A DNA stretch of 29,314 nucleotides, from the IMG/VR virus record IMGVR_UViG_3300030430_001561, positions 1-29,314 of that record; one strand, 5' to 3'. This document shows positions 1 to 8,731 of the stretch, piece after piece (positions within the stretch are counted from its first letter, which is position 1; each line of letters starts with the position of its first letter). Below the pieces are notes generated by a model. That model made no database searches and was not told the origin of the DNA. It was given only the letters and a program-made list of their open reading frames with translations. The position numbers were made by a program, and so were the translations under genes. This DNA comes from a virus. Lineage: Duplodnaviria; Caudoviricetes.

Positions 1-1758
1 ACATTCCGCGAAGAGGTGAAAGCCGCCCGCAACTGGCGAGACAAGCACCTCATGCACTGGAAGGCGATGAAGGAGCGGTTTACCGGACCTGCATACCGGC
101 ACGAGAACTACATCGAGGGTGCAGACATCGAAAACATCGTCGGCCAATATGTGTCGCTGGTCTTGCCACGGGTGGCATACGACTACCCCCGTGTGCATGT
201 TACCGCCGATGATCCATCACAGGACCGGCGTGGGCGGGCTTTGGAGTTGATGCTAAACCAGTGGTCCAAGCGTTCTGCCTTGCGACCAACACTGCAAGAA
301 CTTGCGACCGATATGTGTTTGCTTTGGGGGGTTGGCTTGGTCACCCCTGAACCAGTCAAGCACCTTCGCCGCATTGACATGGGCGGGGCTGGTCTGATGC
401 CACGGGTGTATCGAATTGCACCCGAGAACTTCTTTGTCGATCCGTCAGCGGAGTCACATCGTGAAGCCCGCTACTTCGGCCATGAGTACCCCATCGACAT
501 CGAAGACCTCGTTGCAATGGCGGAAGATCCCGAGAATAGGTTGGATCTTGCTGTCGTGAAGGAACTCAAAAGTTCATACGACACATACCGTGAGAAGTTT
601 AGAACTTCCCCAAAAGATTTGCCGGAACGTGAACAGACCATCATGATGGAGGTCTGGTGTCCCGAACTGGAGATCGAGGGTGCTGAAGAGGGCGTTCACC
701 ACGGCGGACTGCTGAAGTTTGCCATGAGTGCCGAGAACGACATCGTCATGGTCGGTGAGCCAATCCCGTACTACGGTCCTGCCTGCGGCCCGTACACCAT
801 GATCGGTGCATACGAAGTCCCCTCAGACGTTTACCCGTTGAGTCCCATGGTTATGGCCTTGCCCCTGATTGAAGAGGCAAACGATCACGCCAAGACCATG
901 TCCTACTCCGCTGGTGCATACCGCCGATTGATCGCGGTTGACTCACGCGGAACCAAGATGGCTCAAGACATCGCCTCAACCCCTGACCTGTTTGTTGTAC
1001 CCGCTGAAAATTTAGATCGTGACCGCGTTGTCCCAATGGAAATTGGCGGCGTTACTGAACAGCAGATGGCCTACCAGAACATCATGGCTGCACGCCTTGA
1101 TCGCCTGACGGGCATGTCAGAGGTGATTCGGGGATCGGTAACTGGCGATGCGACAGCAACGGAAATCTCAACCGCTTCGGCCTCCTCCGGTCTCCGACTC
1201 TCATACATCCAGCGTCAGTTTGCTGAGGCTGTGAACTCGTTGATCTACAAGGCAGCGTGGTACGTCATCAATGACACCACAGAGTTGCCTATGGGTCGTG
1301 AAGCGGTTGAAGAGGGCATGCCCGCACGGATGCCCGGCACTGAACTTGGAGTTGATCTTGCAGAGATGACTCTCGATGTGCAGGCATATTCGATGGAAAG
1401 AACATCAGAAGCATTGCAGCAACGCCGTGCTGTTGAGTTGATGCAGATCATCGGTAATGTCGGACAGCAGGCAACCCAGATGCCGTTCATTGATTGGGAG
1501 CGAATGATGTCTGTGGTGGGCGATGCACTGAACATGCCCGACATGGCGGACATCTTGAACGTCGATGAACTCAAACGCATGACTGAACAGGCCCAGCAAG
1601 CACAACAACAGCAGGCCGCGATGCAGCAAGAGCAGGCTGCGGCCAACATTGCTCAGAAGCAGGCGGCTGCTCGCTCAAGAATGCAGACCGGATCAGCCGA
1701 TGTAGCCTCAGAACAGCAAGCCGTGCAGCGTGCCAACCGTGGTTCAGGAGGATTTTGA
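1..1758 (+). CDS. Portal protein (P22-like), 5'-truncated
   Basis: Frame is open from position 1 (ACA TTC CGC GAA GAG GTG...), so the true start lies upstream. >580 aa with portal-like motifs (RIAPENFFVDP, G.S...RG...TATE) and a Gln-rich C-terminal helical barrel; lies ahead of scaffold and capsid. Confidence 0.88.
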   Translation, partial: TFREEVKAARNWRDKHLMHWKAMKERFTGPAYRHENYIEGADIENIVGQYVSLVLPRVAYDYPRVHVTADDPSQDRRGRALELMLNQWSKRSALRPTLQELATDMCLLWGVGLVTPEPVKHLRRIDMGGAGLMPRVYRIAPENFFVDPSAESHREARYFGHEYPIDIEDLVAMAEDPENRLDLAVVKELKSSYDTYREKFRTSPKDLPEREQTIMMEVWCPELEIEGAEEGVHHGGLLKFAMSAENDIVMVGEPIPYYGPACGPYTMIGAYEVPSDVYPLSPMVMALPLIEEANDHAKTMSYSAGAYRRLIAVDSRGTKMAQDIASTPDLFVVPAENLDRDRVVPMEIGGVTEQQMAYQNIMAARLDRLTGMSEVIRGSVTGDATATEISTASASSGLRLSYIQRQFAEAVNSLIYKAAWYVINDTTELPMGREAVEEGMPARMPGTELGVDLAEMTLDVQAYSMERTSEALQQRRAVELMQIIGNVGQQATQMPFIDWERMMSVVGDALNMPDMADILNVDELKRMTEQAQQAQQQQAAMQQEQAAANIAQKQAAARSRMQTGSADVASEQQAVQRANRGSGGF

Positions 1759-2060
1759 TGCCCTCATACGACTTCAAACGTGAATCTGACGGCAAAGTGG
1801 TGGAGATGTGGTACTCCATGTCCACCGTTCCCAGCATTGGTGACGTTGTGACCATCGAAGGTGAGAACTACACACGACTCGTGTCCGACTATCAGGTGTC
1901 AGCCGAGGTCGAGACCATTACCCACAAGTATCCATACGTCTCTCGCAGCATGCCAAAGAACTTGCCGGGCTGTGAGACCAACAAGAAGGGGCAACCCATC
2001 ATCTCAAGCCGCCGACACGAGCGGGAAATCATGAGCCGACACGGCCTAAAGCGGGACTAA
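1758..2060 (+). CDS. FmdB-like small protein (degenerate, zinc-ribbon cysteines absent), 100 aa
   Basis: TGATG overlap with portal stop, AGGAGG at 1746-1751; N-terminus MPSYDFKRESDGKVVE parallels the FmdB pattern MPxYxYxCxxCG; such genes commonly follow the portal in podoviruses. Confidence 0.6.
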   Translation: MPSYDFKRESDGKVVEMWYSMSTVPSIGDVVTIEGENYTRLVSDYQVSAEVETITHKYPYVSRSMPKNLPGCETNKKGQPIISSRRHEREIMSRHGLKRD

Positions 2061-2941
2061 TGAGCGAAGAAACAACCAACGAAGCCACAGAACCCACCGA
2101 AACCCCTGCAACTCCTGAGTTTACGCAGGAAGAAGACGCGGTATTGGACAAGATATTTGACGCACGCGAAGAGAAAATTGAACAAACTCGCGAAGCCGTG
2201 CGTACAACGACTGAACCCTCGGACGAGGCTGCTAGTGACCCGACCTTGACACCAGAACGCCAGCGAGCGTTACGTCGAGCGAAGGTCCCTGAAAGCGTCA
2301 TCGAGAAGTTTGGTGAAGATCAGGCGCAACTCATCGCTTGGGCTGACCAACTTCTTGAAATTCAAGGGAACGTAGACGGGTACGCCGAGCGTATGCGTAA
2401 TTTGGAAGAGAAAGTCGCATCTCAGGGCAACCAACCCGAAAGTGACACGCGGTCTGCGGAACAAAGCAGCGCACCCCAAGACGACGGAACCACCGAAGTC
2501 TCTCAATCCGAAGCGGAAGAAGGCGAAGCAGCCCCGGAAACCACGCCGGAGCCAACTCAAGTTCAACCTCCAAGGAATGTTGTGGAGCAACTGATCGGTG
2601 AGATCACGACTCTGCGAATCGAACAGGCACTCTCGCCCTTTGAAGGGGTAACTGATCAGGAAAGAGTGCAAGTCGTGCAGCGGATGACCGAGATCAACGA
2701 GAAGTCTCCGGGTGAATTCAACGACATCGCTAGTTTGGTAAATAAAGCGGTTGGTGATGTGATGGGCGACCTTCCAACTCCGGTGAATCCCGGCCCCTCT
2801 GGTCAACCTTCTACCCCACCTAGGGCAGTGACTCGGACAGAACGTCCGACAACTCCCGAAGAAGCCGATGAAGCAGCGTTAGACATCATCTTGAATGGTG
2901 GGACGCTCGAAGATGCCAAGCGTGCAGCGATGCGAAGATAA
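2060..2941 (+). CDS. Capsid scaffolding protein, 293 aa
   Basis: Very acidic, Pro/Thr-rich, coiled-coil protein between portal and major capsid; TAATG coupling. Assignment by position and composition. Confidence 0.72.
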   Translation: MSEETTNEATEPTETPATPEFTQEEDAVLDKIFDAREEKIEQTREAVRTTTEPSDEAASDPTLTPERQRALRRAKVPESVIEKFGEDQAQLIAWADQLLEIQGNVDGYAERMRNLEEKVASQGNQPESDTRSAEQSSAPQDDGTTEVSQSEAEEGEAAPETTPEPTQVQPPRNVVEQLIGEITTLRIEQALSPFEGVTDQERVQVVQRMTEINEKSPGEFNDIASLVNKAVGDVMGDLPTPVNPGPSGQPSTPPRAVTRTERPTTPEEADEAALDIILNGGTLEDAKRAAMRR

Positions 2942-2946
2942 CGACT

Positions 2947-2977
2947 GCCTCCCTAGTGGGGGCCTTTTGCACGAAAG
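2947..2977 (+). promoter_or_regulatory. Tandem small hairpins in the scaffold-capsid spacer (weak terminator or mRNA stabiliser)
   Basis: GCCTCCC-TAGT-GGGGGC (2947-2963) followed by CTTTT-GCAC-GAAAG (2964-2977), directly upstream of the purine-rich RBS region (AGGAAATAGAA) of the capsid gene. Confidence 0.35.
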
Positions 2978-2989
2978 CAGGAAATAGAA

Positions 2990-4387
2990 ATGGCTACATC
3001 CATTCGCAACTTCCTCGACTTCATGGACGCAACTGGCCCGGTATATCTGACCGGACCCGATGTCCTTATCAATGAAGCGGTGAAGCGTAATTACCTGTTC
3101 GGCGATTTGATTCGTGAGAAGAACCAAGCCATCCAAGGTGGCAAAGAGATCAAAGATGTTTTGATCCTCGATGATTCCTCCACGTTCCAATACTACCAGC
3201 CGAACGAAACCTTCTCGTACTCAAACCCACAAGTGTTGTCCGACATTACCGCCAACTGGCGATTTGCTATGGACCACATGACCTTTACTGATGCTGAGAT
3301 CGAACTCAACGTCGGTGGTGGGTTGTCCCGTGAAGCCACCAAGTCTGTTTACAAGGATCTCAAGCGAGCCAAAGAACAGCGAATGGTGACCTCCATGGTC
3401 AACGGGTACGAGGATGCATTGTTCCGCCCAACTCAGGGTACGAACTTTGCTGACATGGAATCTGCCACTGGTAAGACTCCATACTCCATCCCAGCATTCA
3501 TTACTGAGAACTGTGTCCAAACCTCCCTCGACGGTGGTGGGGCTGCTGGTCTCCGTGGTGGTATGCCAATCACCTCAACCACTACCGAAGGTGGCGGACC
3601 CGGTGCGAATACCACCATCTTGGGCATCGCTCCCGGCAGCAATGACCGTTGGACCAACGAGGTTGTGTTCTACGACGCGCATGCGTCGTTGGGTATCAAC
3701 TCCAGCGGTCAAATTGGTCAGGACACCGCTTCGTTCAACGCGGCGAAGATTGTGCAAGACAACACCAGTGCAAACGGTGCATTGTCTGCAAACATGCCAA
3801 TCAACGACTTTACCGCAGTGAACGTGTACGGCTTCTTGAACTCGTTTGACGAGATGTATCTTCGTCTTCAGTTCCGTCCGCCAGCCTCGTACGAGCAATA
3901 CTTTGAGAACGTCGTGTTCAACCGTCAGAAGATCCTCTGCTCCCGTGAAGGTTTGAACCTTTACAAGCAAGCATTGCGTTCCGAAAACGACCGAACCTTC
4001 GCTCCTCAAGACGTTGCTTACAACGCCCCAACCTACTCCGGCGTTCCTTTGACCTACGTTGCTCAACTCGATTCAGCCAACATCTATCCGAAGCAAAACG
4101 GAACCGGCGTTCACAACTTTGCCGCATACGACGGCTTCAACTTGGACGCTACTGCTGGTACTACCGAATTGGCTAACGAAGTCATCAACCCCGGACCTCG
4201 GTATATGTTCATCAACGGTGACTACCTCACCCCGGTTCTGCACGCCTCTCGATACATGGAGAAGCACCCAACCATGCAGCACCCAAATCAACCGTTCACT
4301 CACGTTCAGATCACGGACTCGTGGTACAACGTGGTTGCTAACTCTCGTCAACGTCACGGCATCATCGCTCCGATGATCACGGCCTAA
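2990..4387 (+). CDS. Major capsid protein (HK97 fold inferred), 465 aa
   Basis: Position after scaffold; motifs QGGKEI, aromatic E-loop-like FQYYQPNETF, TYSGVPLTY, C-terminal NSRQRHGII typical of podovirus-type capsids; own RBS and C/T-ending codon bias consistent with high expression. Confidence 0.88.
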   Translation: MATSIRNFLDFMDATGPVYLTGPDVLINEAVKRNYLFGDLIREKNQAIQGGKEIKDVLILDDSSTFQYYQPNETFSYSNPQVLSDITANWRFAMDHMTFTDAEIELNVGGGLSREATKSVYKDLKRAKEQRMVTSMVNGYEDALFRPTQGTNFADMESATGKTPYSIPAFITENCVQTSLDGGGAAGLRGGMPITSTTTEGGGPGANTTILGIAPGSNDRWTNEVVFYDAHASLGINSSGQIGQDTASFNAAKIVQDNTSANGALSANMPINDFTAVNVYGFLNSFDEMYLRLQFRPPASYEQYFENVVFNRQKILCSREGLNLYKQALRSENDRTFAPQDVAYNAPTYSGVPLTYVAQLDSANIYPKQNGTGVHNFAAYDGFNLDATAGTTELANEVINPGPRYMFINGDYLTPVLHASRYMEKHPTMQHPNQPFTHVQITDSWYNVVANSRQRHGIIAPMITA

Positions 4388-4405
4388 TAGGAAAGGACAC
4401 TTACT

Positions 4406-4891
4406 ATGGTTAGTATCGCTCCTACACAAGGTCCTCTCGGTATTCCTTTCCGAGTCGAAGATGTTGTCCTCACCGCAGACGCTGCCATTACAAAAGGGCA
4501 GGTCTGCAAACTGACGCTCGATACATCGAACTTGGTTTTTGATGCTGCTACCCCAGCAGCCGCTGCCGACTCGATTTTCGACGCTGATGCTGATGGCACT
4601 TCAGACCTTTTTCATCTTTTCGGCGTTGCCCTTGAGGACATCGCTATCAACAAAAAGGGTTCGTTCCGCTTGAAGGGTGTTGTTGAAGCACTTGGCGGCG
4701 ACACCACCGCTGCACAAAACCCTTTGAAGGTTGGTGCAGATGGCGAACTCGTCGTAGCAGACGGTAACCCTGCTGCTGATGGCGCATCCAACCAGCGCGT
4801 CATTGCTATCTCTCTTGAGACTTTGGCTGATGCCACGCTCAAGAAAGTTCTTTTCGACGGACTCAATGGGTTCGGCGCAATCGAACCCTGA
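4406..4891 (+). CDS. Capsid cement/decoration protein (DUF2190-like), 161 aa
   Basis: Directly after capsid with own RBS (GGAAAGGA); pattern A.AAI.KGQV...GVALEDIA...G...LKG...L.VGADG.L...IAISLE typical of beta-tulip cement proteins. Confidence 0.7.
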   Translation: MVSIAPTQGPLGIPFRVEDVVLTADAAITKGQVCKLTLDTSNLVFDAATPAAAADSIFDADADGTSDLFHLFGVALEDIAINKKGSFRLKGVVEALGGDTTAAQNPLKVGADGELVVADGNPAADGASNQRVIAISLETLADATLKKVLFDGLNGFGAIEP

Positions 4892-4905
4892 TCTTCTGAT
4901 CACCT

Positions 4906-4947
4906 CATGGGAGAGGGGGGCTACCGCCCCCTTCTCCTCTTCCCATG
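4906..4947 (+). terminator. GC-rich hairpin after the head genes; terminator/attenuator that can also pair over the next start codon
   Basis: Inner stem GAGGGGGGC(4913-4921)-TACC-GCCCCCTTC(4926-4934); outer arms CATGGGA(4906-4912)/TCCCATG(4941-4947) are perfect reverse complements and include ATG 4945; pyrimidine tail but no true U-tract. Confidence 0.6.
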
Positions 4948-5724
4948 GCACTTACCTACGCTGACGCTAAGGCCCATGTATTGCTCGCTTGTGGTGGAGA
5001 CCCCTCCACGACAACGACACTTACTGTCAATGATCGCGTTGCTCAGATTCTGAACTTCGCGGGCCACCACCTTTACAGCCACGCTTGGAACTGGCGTGAG
5101 CGTACTGCTGCCAACCTAAGTTTTGAAGCCGATGGCGACACTGTCCGTGACTTTGTAACTTTGCCTGATGATGTCGGCACAATCCTCAACGTGTACCCCA
5201 ACGGCAACACCTTTCGTCGTGTGTTCCTGATCTCACCAGAGGCGTTCTCTCGCTTTGAGTCGGACAACCTGACGATTACCGACGCGGTGTTCTACGTCAC
5301 TCTTGCTCGTGCCAAGCCGGGCAACGACGGTGCAGCATCAACTGGGCAGCCCGCACGGCGGCTGGACATCTACCCAACACCCAGTGCCGCCGAGTCAAAC
5401 GCTCTGTCCATCCGCTACCGGGCAGAGTTTGTCGAGGTTGCAAGCAGCGAAGTTGACAACGCTTTGCTCAATATCCCAGTTGAGTCGCATGTTGAGGCCC
5501 TCTACTTGGAGTACGTCCGAGCGTTTGCTGAAGGTGGCGAAGTCGGCGACACCCTGCAACGGGTGGCAATGGTTGACGCTTCACCCCTGCTGCAAGAAGC
5601 CATGCGTCGTGACGGCGTTGAGACCCCCAACTACGGGCCTCTTCCCATGGCAGTCCGTGGTCGCACCACCTCGTATGGCGGCCTGAACTTCTTCCCTAAC
5701 GGCAACATACCGGACCCATCCTGA
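4945..5724 (+). CDS. Head-tail adaptor / tail tubular protein A-like, 259 aa
   Basis: Helical N-terminus with LN.A...LYSHAWNW, VTLPDD, and RLDIYPTP..L.IRY motifs characteristic of podovirus adaptor proteins; position after head genes. Confidence 0.72.
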   Translation: MALTYADAKAHVLLACGGDPSTTTTLTVNDRVAQILNFAGHHLYSHAWNWRERTAANLSFEADGDTVRDFVTLPDDVGTILNVYPNGNTFRRVFLISPEAFSRFESDNLTITDAVFYVTLARAKPGNDGAASTGQPARRLDIYPTPSAAESNALSIRYRAEFVEVASSEVDNALLNIPVESHVEALYLEYVRAFAEGGEVGDTLQRVAMVDASPLLQEAMRRDGVETPNYGPLPMAVRGRTTSYGGLNFFPNGNIPDPS

Positions 5725-5999
5725 TGGCAAAGAAGAAGACACGAAAGAAGTCGGTCTCCCTTTCCATCAAGCGTGGTGAGAAGTTGCCTGCGTCCAAGGG
5801 TGCTGGTCTGACCGCCAAGGGTCGGGCCAAATACAACCGTGCCACCGGCAGCAAACTCAAAGCACCGCAGCCGGGCGGCGGCAAACGCAAGAAATCCTAC
5901 TGTTCACGCTCCGCAGGCCAGATGCGGATGCACGGTATCAACTGTTCCAAGACCCCGAAGAAGCGTATCTGTGCTGCGCGACGGAGATGGAAGTGTTGA
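5724..5999 (+). CDS. Basic phage protein (DUF6321-like), 91 aa
   Basis: GLTAKGRAKYNRATGSKLKAP...RKKSYCSRS...ARRRWKC matches the pattern I recall for this aquatic-phage family; TGATG coupling. Confidence 0.75.
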   Translation: MAKKKTRKKSVSLSIKRGEKLPASKGAGLTAKGRAKYNRATGSKLKAPQPGGGKRKKSYCSRSAGQMRMHGINCSKTPKKRICAARRRWKC

Positions 6000-6000
6000 A

Positions 6001-6771
6001 ATGGGCCACGAGGTTGCGAAAATTGCTGCTATTTCTTGCACCCACTCCCCACACACCCCAAGTGAGACGCATCAATGGATACTGGAAACGATAGCCAATA
6101 CCAAAGGTCTGACTCACTTCGTGCATTGTGGCGATGTCTTCGACGCACAAGCGGCCTCAGTGCATCCCGACGAAGCCGACCACACCTTGATGGACGAGTA
6201 TCGTCACGCTGCTTCTTTTCTGAAGAGCATTCGCCAGAACTTGCCGGATGGGTGTCGTTTGGTGATCTGCGAGGGGAACCACGACGACAACATCAGACGG
6301 GCGGACCCGAGGCGGATACCGAAAGGTCTGAGAGAGACCGCCTTATGGATGAACACGGAGTATGCGGAGGAGTTCAAGCGGTGGCATTGGCGGCCCTACA
6401 TCAAATCTGCTGCGGGGTGTTACCGGGTCGGACAGGTGGTGTTCTACCACGGGTTCGATTGCGGGTTGACTTCGGACGAGTTGGAGGGCCTACAGATGAA
6501 CAATCAGACGGGATGCCACCCCTACCGCCTGTTTGTGCGTGGGCATACCCATCGTCCGGTCCCCCCAACACAGATGATGCGGACTCGCAAGGTGTCCCTC
6601 CCGTGGTGGTTCATGAATGTGGGGACATGCGGCCCCTTGAAGCCGGACTACATGACGAGGAAGGACACTGGGAACTGGGGATCTGGCTTGGCCTTGATCG
6701 AGGCCCGGATGGAGACAGCGTCCCGCCTGAATGCCAAGGAGTGGGAAGCGGAGTTGAGGACGATGCAATGA
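6001..6771 (+). CDS. Calcineurin-like metallophosphoesterase, 256 aa
   Basis: Motifs ISCTH (variant of DxH), CGDVFD, EGNHD, FYHG, GHTH in canonical order; start taken at ATG 6001, 1 nt after the upstream TGA, not at GTG 5839. Confidence 0.88.
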   Translation: MGHEVAKIAAISCTHSPHTPSETHQWILETIANTKGLTHFVHCGDVFDAQAASVHPDEADHTLMDEYRHAASFLKSIRQNLPDGCRLVICEGNHDDNIRRADPRRIPKGLRETALWMNTEYAEEFKRWHWRPYIKSAAGCYRVGQVVFYHGFDCGLTSDELEGLQMNNQTGCHPYRLFVRGHTHRPVPPTQMMRTRKVSLPWWFMNVGTCGPLKPDYMTRKDTGNWGSGLALIEARMETASRLNAKEWEAELRTMQ

Positions 6772-6944
6772 TTACCGCCGCCGAGAAACTCAAGGCTGAC
6801 TTGGAACGATACGTCGAGAACTTCGCGTTGGAGTTTGAGATGAACAAATGGACCGTCGCAGGTGTCTTGGAAGAGGTCAAGACCGATATCCTGTTTGAGT
6901 CCGACACATGGCCCCAACCCGATTTCGATGAGGATGATGAATGA
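6768..6944 (+). CDS. Small acidic hypothetical protein, 58 aa (MITAAEKLKADLERYVENFALEFEMNKWTVAGVLEEVK...)
   Basis: ATGA overlaps at both ends, GAGGA upstream; helical amphipathic sequence; it is the 3' end of the 6075..6944 ORF. Confidence 0.72.
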   Translation: MITAAEKLKADLERYVENFALEFEMNKWTVAGVLEEVKTDILFESDTWPQPDFDEDDE

Positions 6945-7273
6945 GAACACAAACCCTATTAAGCACCACCACTGGTAGCACCGATGACGTTACTGGAGAC
7001 TCCTTTGAGTCATACCCCGACCACTACAAGTTGACCAAGGGTGTCAACGTGTCCACCAGTGGCGTATGCACCTTTGTCATTACCACGCAAAATGCAACCG
7101 CAACCCTTCAGGGATCAATCGACGGAACTAACTTTGTTGATGTCAAAGCAACCTCGCGGTCTGGTTCCAACATTGCTGAGGGCTATACGGTTGCAATCTT
7201 TCCGTTTATGCGAGTCAAGTTGACTGGCGTTACCGCTGCATCAGTAGTCAAAGTAGATATCGCGTATCCGTAA
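6941..7273 (+). CDS. Small beta-rich hypothetical protein, probably virion-associated, 110 aa
   Basis: Thr/Ser/Gly-rich with TLQGSIDGTNFVDV and PFMRVKL motifs typical of small jelly-roll phage structural proteins; coupled both sides. Confidence 0.62.
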   Translation: MRTQTLLSTTTGSTDDVTGDSFESYPDHYKLTKGVNVSTSGVCTFVITTQNATATLQGSIDGTNFVDVKATSRSGSNIAEGYTVAIFPFMRVKLTGVTAASVVKVDIAYP

Positions 7274-8091
7274 TGGCACTTTGGACACCATCCAACTTGA
7301 GTGCAACCCTGACCGCTTGGCAACAAGGCGGCACTGGTGTCTTCGCTGGTACTTGGACAGACTCTTCTGGCAATGGCAACAACTTAGTCCAATTCTCAAA
7401 AGGCGATCAGCCTGCTGCATCCACCCTGAATGGTTTCACCATTTTGGATTTCACAAGTTCCGAAAATGACCATATGGACTACGGGGATTTGAATGACATG
7501 GATGTTGGCACTGGCAACTTTTATGTTGTCATAGTATTCAACCCAGACACGTTATCTGCAAACCAAGCCCTTCTGGCAAAGCATAGTGGTGCGGATGATT
7601 ATCTTTTTAGAACCACCACCAGTTCGTCGCTACAGCAATATATTGGCAGCACATCATCAGGAGTTGTCTCAACAAGCGGTCTGTTGTCAACTGGAACCAA
7701 TTTTATTGCGTGCGGGTTCCGCCGACTGGACACACACTTTATTCGGGTTGATGGGGTGCAGGTTGCATCGATAGGGAATACCAACGCCCTCAGTAACTCA
7801 AACACGTTTCACGTTGCAGGTCAAGCCTCAGCAGGCACTGCCGCAAATTTTGATGGCAAGATTGCTGAAATCATTTTGGGCGGCGGCAACATTCAAGATG
7901 AAGAGTTGGAGCAAATCGAGGGTTACCTTGAGCGAAGATACCTTCTTGGCAAACTGTCTTCACCGCACCCATATGTTTCACATGCCCCGGCCTTTGGGCT
8001 GCATGGAGTTCACAACCAAGACTTGATAGGCGATCTGGCACTTGATGTGTCAGGCCCCCTCGTCTCAGATACGTTAGCGGGGGCCGTATGA
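7273..8091 (+). CDS. LamG/concanavalin A-like lectin-fold protein, 272 aa
   Basis: WTPSNL...WTDSSGNGNNLVQ...IRVDG...FDGKIAEII...IEGYL...HPY pattern typical of phage LamG-like virion proteins. Confidence 0.75.
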   Translation: MALWTPSNLSATLTAWQQGGTGVFAGTWTDSSGNGNNLVQFSKGDQPAASTLNGFTILDFTSSENDHMDYGDLNDMDVGTGNFYVVIVFNPDTLSANQALLAKHSGADDYLFRTTTSSSLQQYIGSTSSGVVSTSGLLSTGTNFIACGFRRLDTHFIRVDGVQVASIGNTNALSNSNTFHVAGQASAGTAANFDGKIAEIILGGGNIQDEELEQIEGYLERRYLLGKLSSPHPYVSHAPAFGLHGVHNQDLIGDLALDVSGPLVSDTLAGAV

Positions 8092-8609
8092 CTGTCTCCG
8101 ACTTCACCATCGAAAACGTAACCAAAGAGATTGAGAACTGGATCTTGAACTACCTTGACCACCCAAGCGAACACTACAACGGCATGAAGCCCTGCCCGTT
8201 CGCAAGAGAAGCGTGGATCAAGAACAAGTGTCATGTGCTGATTGGCAGTGAACATATGGTTCACCAGATACTGCACACTTGGGACGATCAGTACGAGATC
8301 GTGGTGGTTGCGATTGCAGAGGACGAGACCGAGGGTCTTGAGGAATACTGCAAGATGGTGAACGAAGAGTTGGTGGAGTATGGCACTGACTTGGTGCTGA
8401 TGCCGTTCATTGCGGGTGACGAAGACCCCGATGACCCAGCACTCAAACCTGAATCATGGGGATCAATAATCGACGAGGCGTACTCGTTGGTGTTTGTGCA
8501 GCGGCTGTCCGTCGTAAATCGGATATCCGAGGTACTTGAAAAGATGGGCTACTACGACAAGTTGAGTCCTGAGTTTATGCAATACATCAAAGAAAGACGA
8601 GGTTCATAA
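8088..8609 (+). CDS. DUF1415-like protein, 173 aa
   Basis: WI...L...PCPFA..AW motif and C-terminal LVFVQRL...L.K.GYY resemble DUF1415-related phage proteins; coupled both sides. Confidence 0.6.
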   Translation: MTVSDFTIENVTKEIENWILNYLDHPSEHYNGMKPCPFAREAWIKNKCHVLIGSEHMVHQILHTWDDQYEIVVVAIAEDETEGLEEYCKMVNEELVEYGTDLVLMPFIAGDEDPDDPALKPESWGSIIDEAYSLVFVQRLSVVNRISEVLEKMGYYDKLSPEFMQYIKERRGS

Positions 8610-8731
8610 TGCGTGGACGTAAAAAGGCTATGGGCAAGAAGGTTGGCGGAGCCAAGAAAAAGGTTGGAGCCAAGAAGTTTGCAAACACCGCCTTCGGCAA
8701 GAAGGTCATGGCGAAGAAGCGTAAGAAGTAA
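8609..8731 (+). CDS. Lys-rich microprotein, 40 aa (MRGRKKAMGKKVGGAKKKVGAKKFANTAFGKKVMAKKRKK); not in the ORF track
   Basis: Hand-translated; fills the gap exactly with TAATG overlaps at 8607-8611 and 8729-8733; GAGGT upstream. Confidence 0.75.
   Translation: MRGRKKAMGKKVGGAKKKVGAKKFANTAFGKKVMAKKRKK

Noticed and set aside
5839-6000. N-terminal extension of the metallophosphoesterase from GTG 5839
   Set aside because: Overlaps the well-supported DUF6321-like gene; ATG 6001 sits 1 nt after its stop and just before motif I.
6075-6767. 289-aa ORF 6075..6944 overlapping the metallophosphoesterase in another frame
   Set aside because: Only the last 58 codons (from ATG 6768, ATGA-coupled) look protein-like; the rest is Arg/Gly/Pro-rich shadow sequence. 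A dual-coding or frameshift product cannot be fully excluded but no slippery site was seen.
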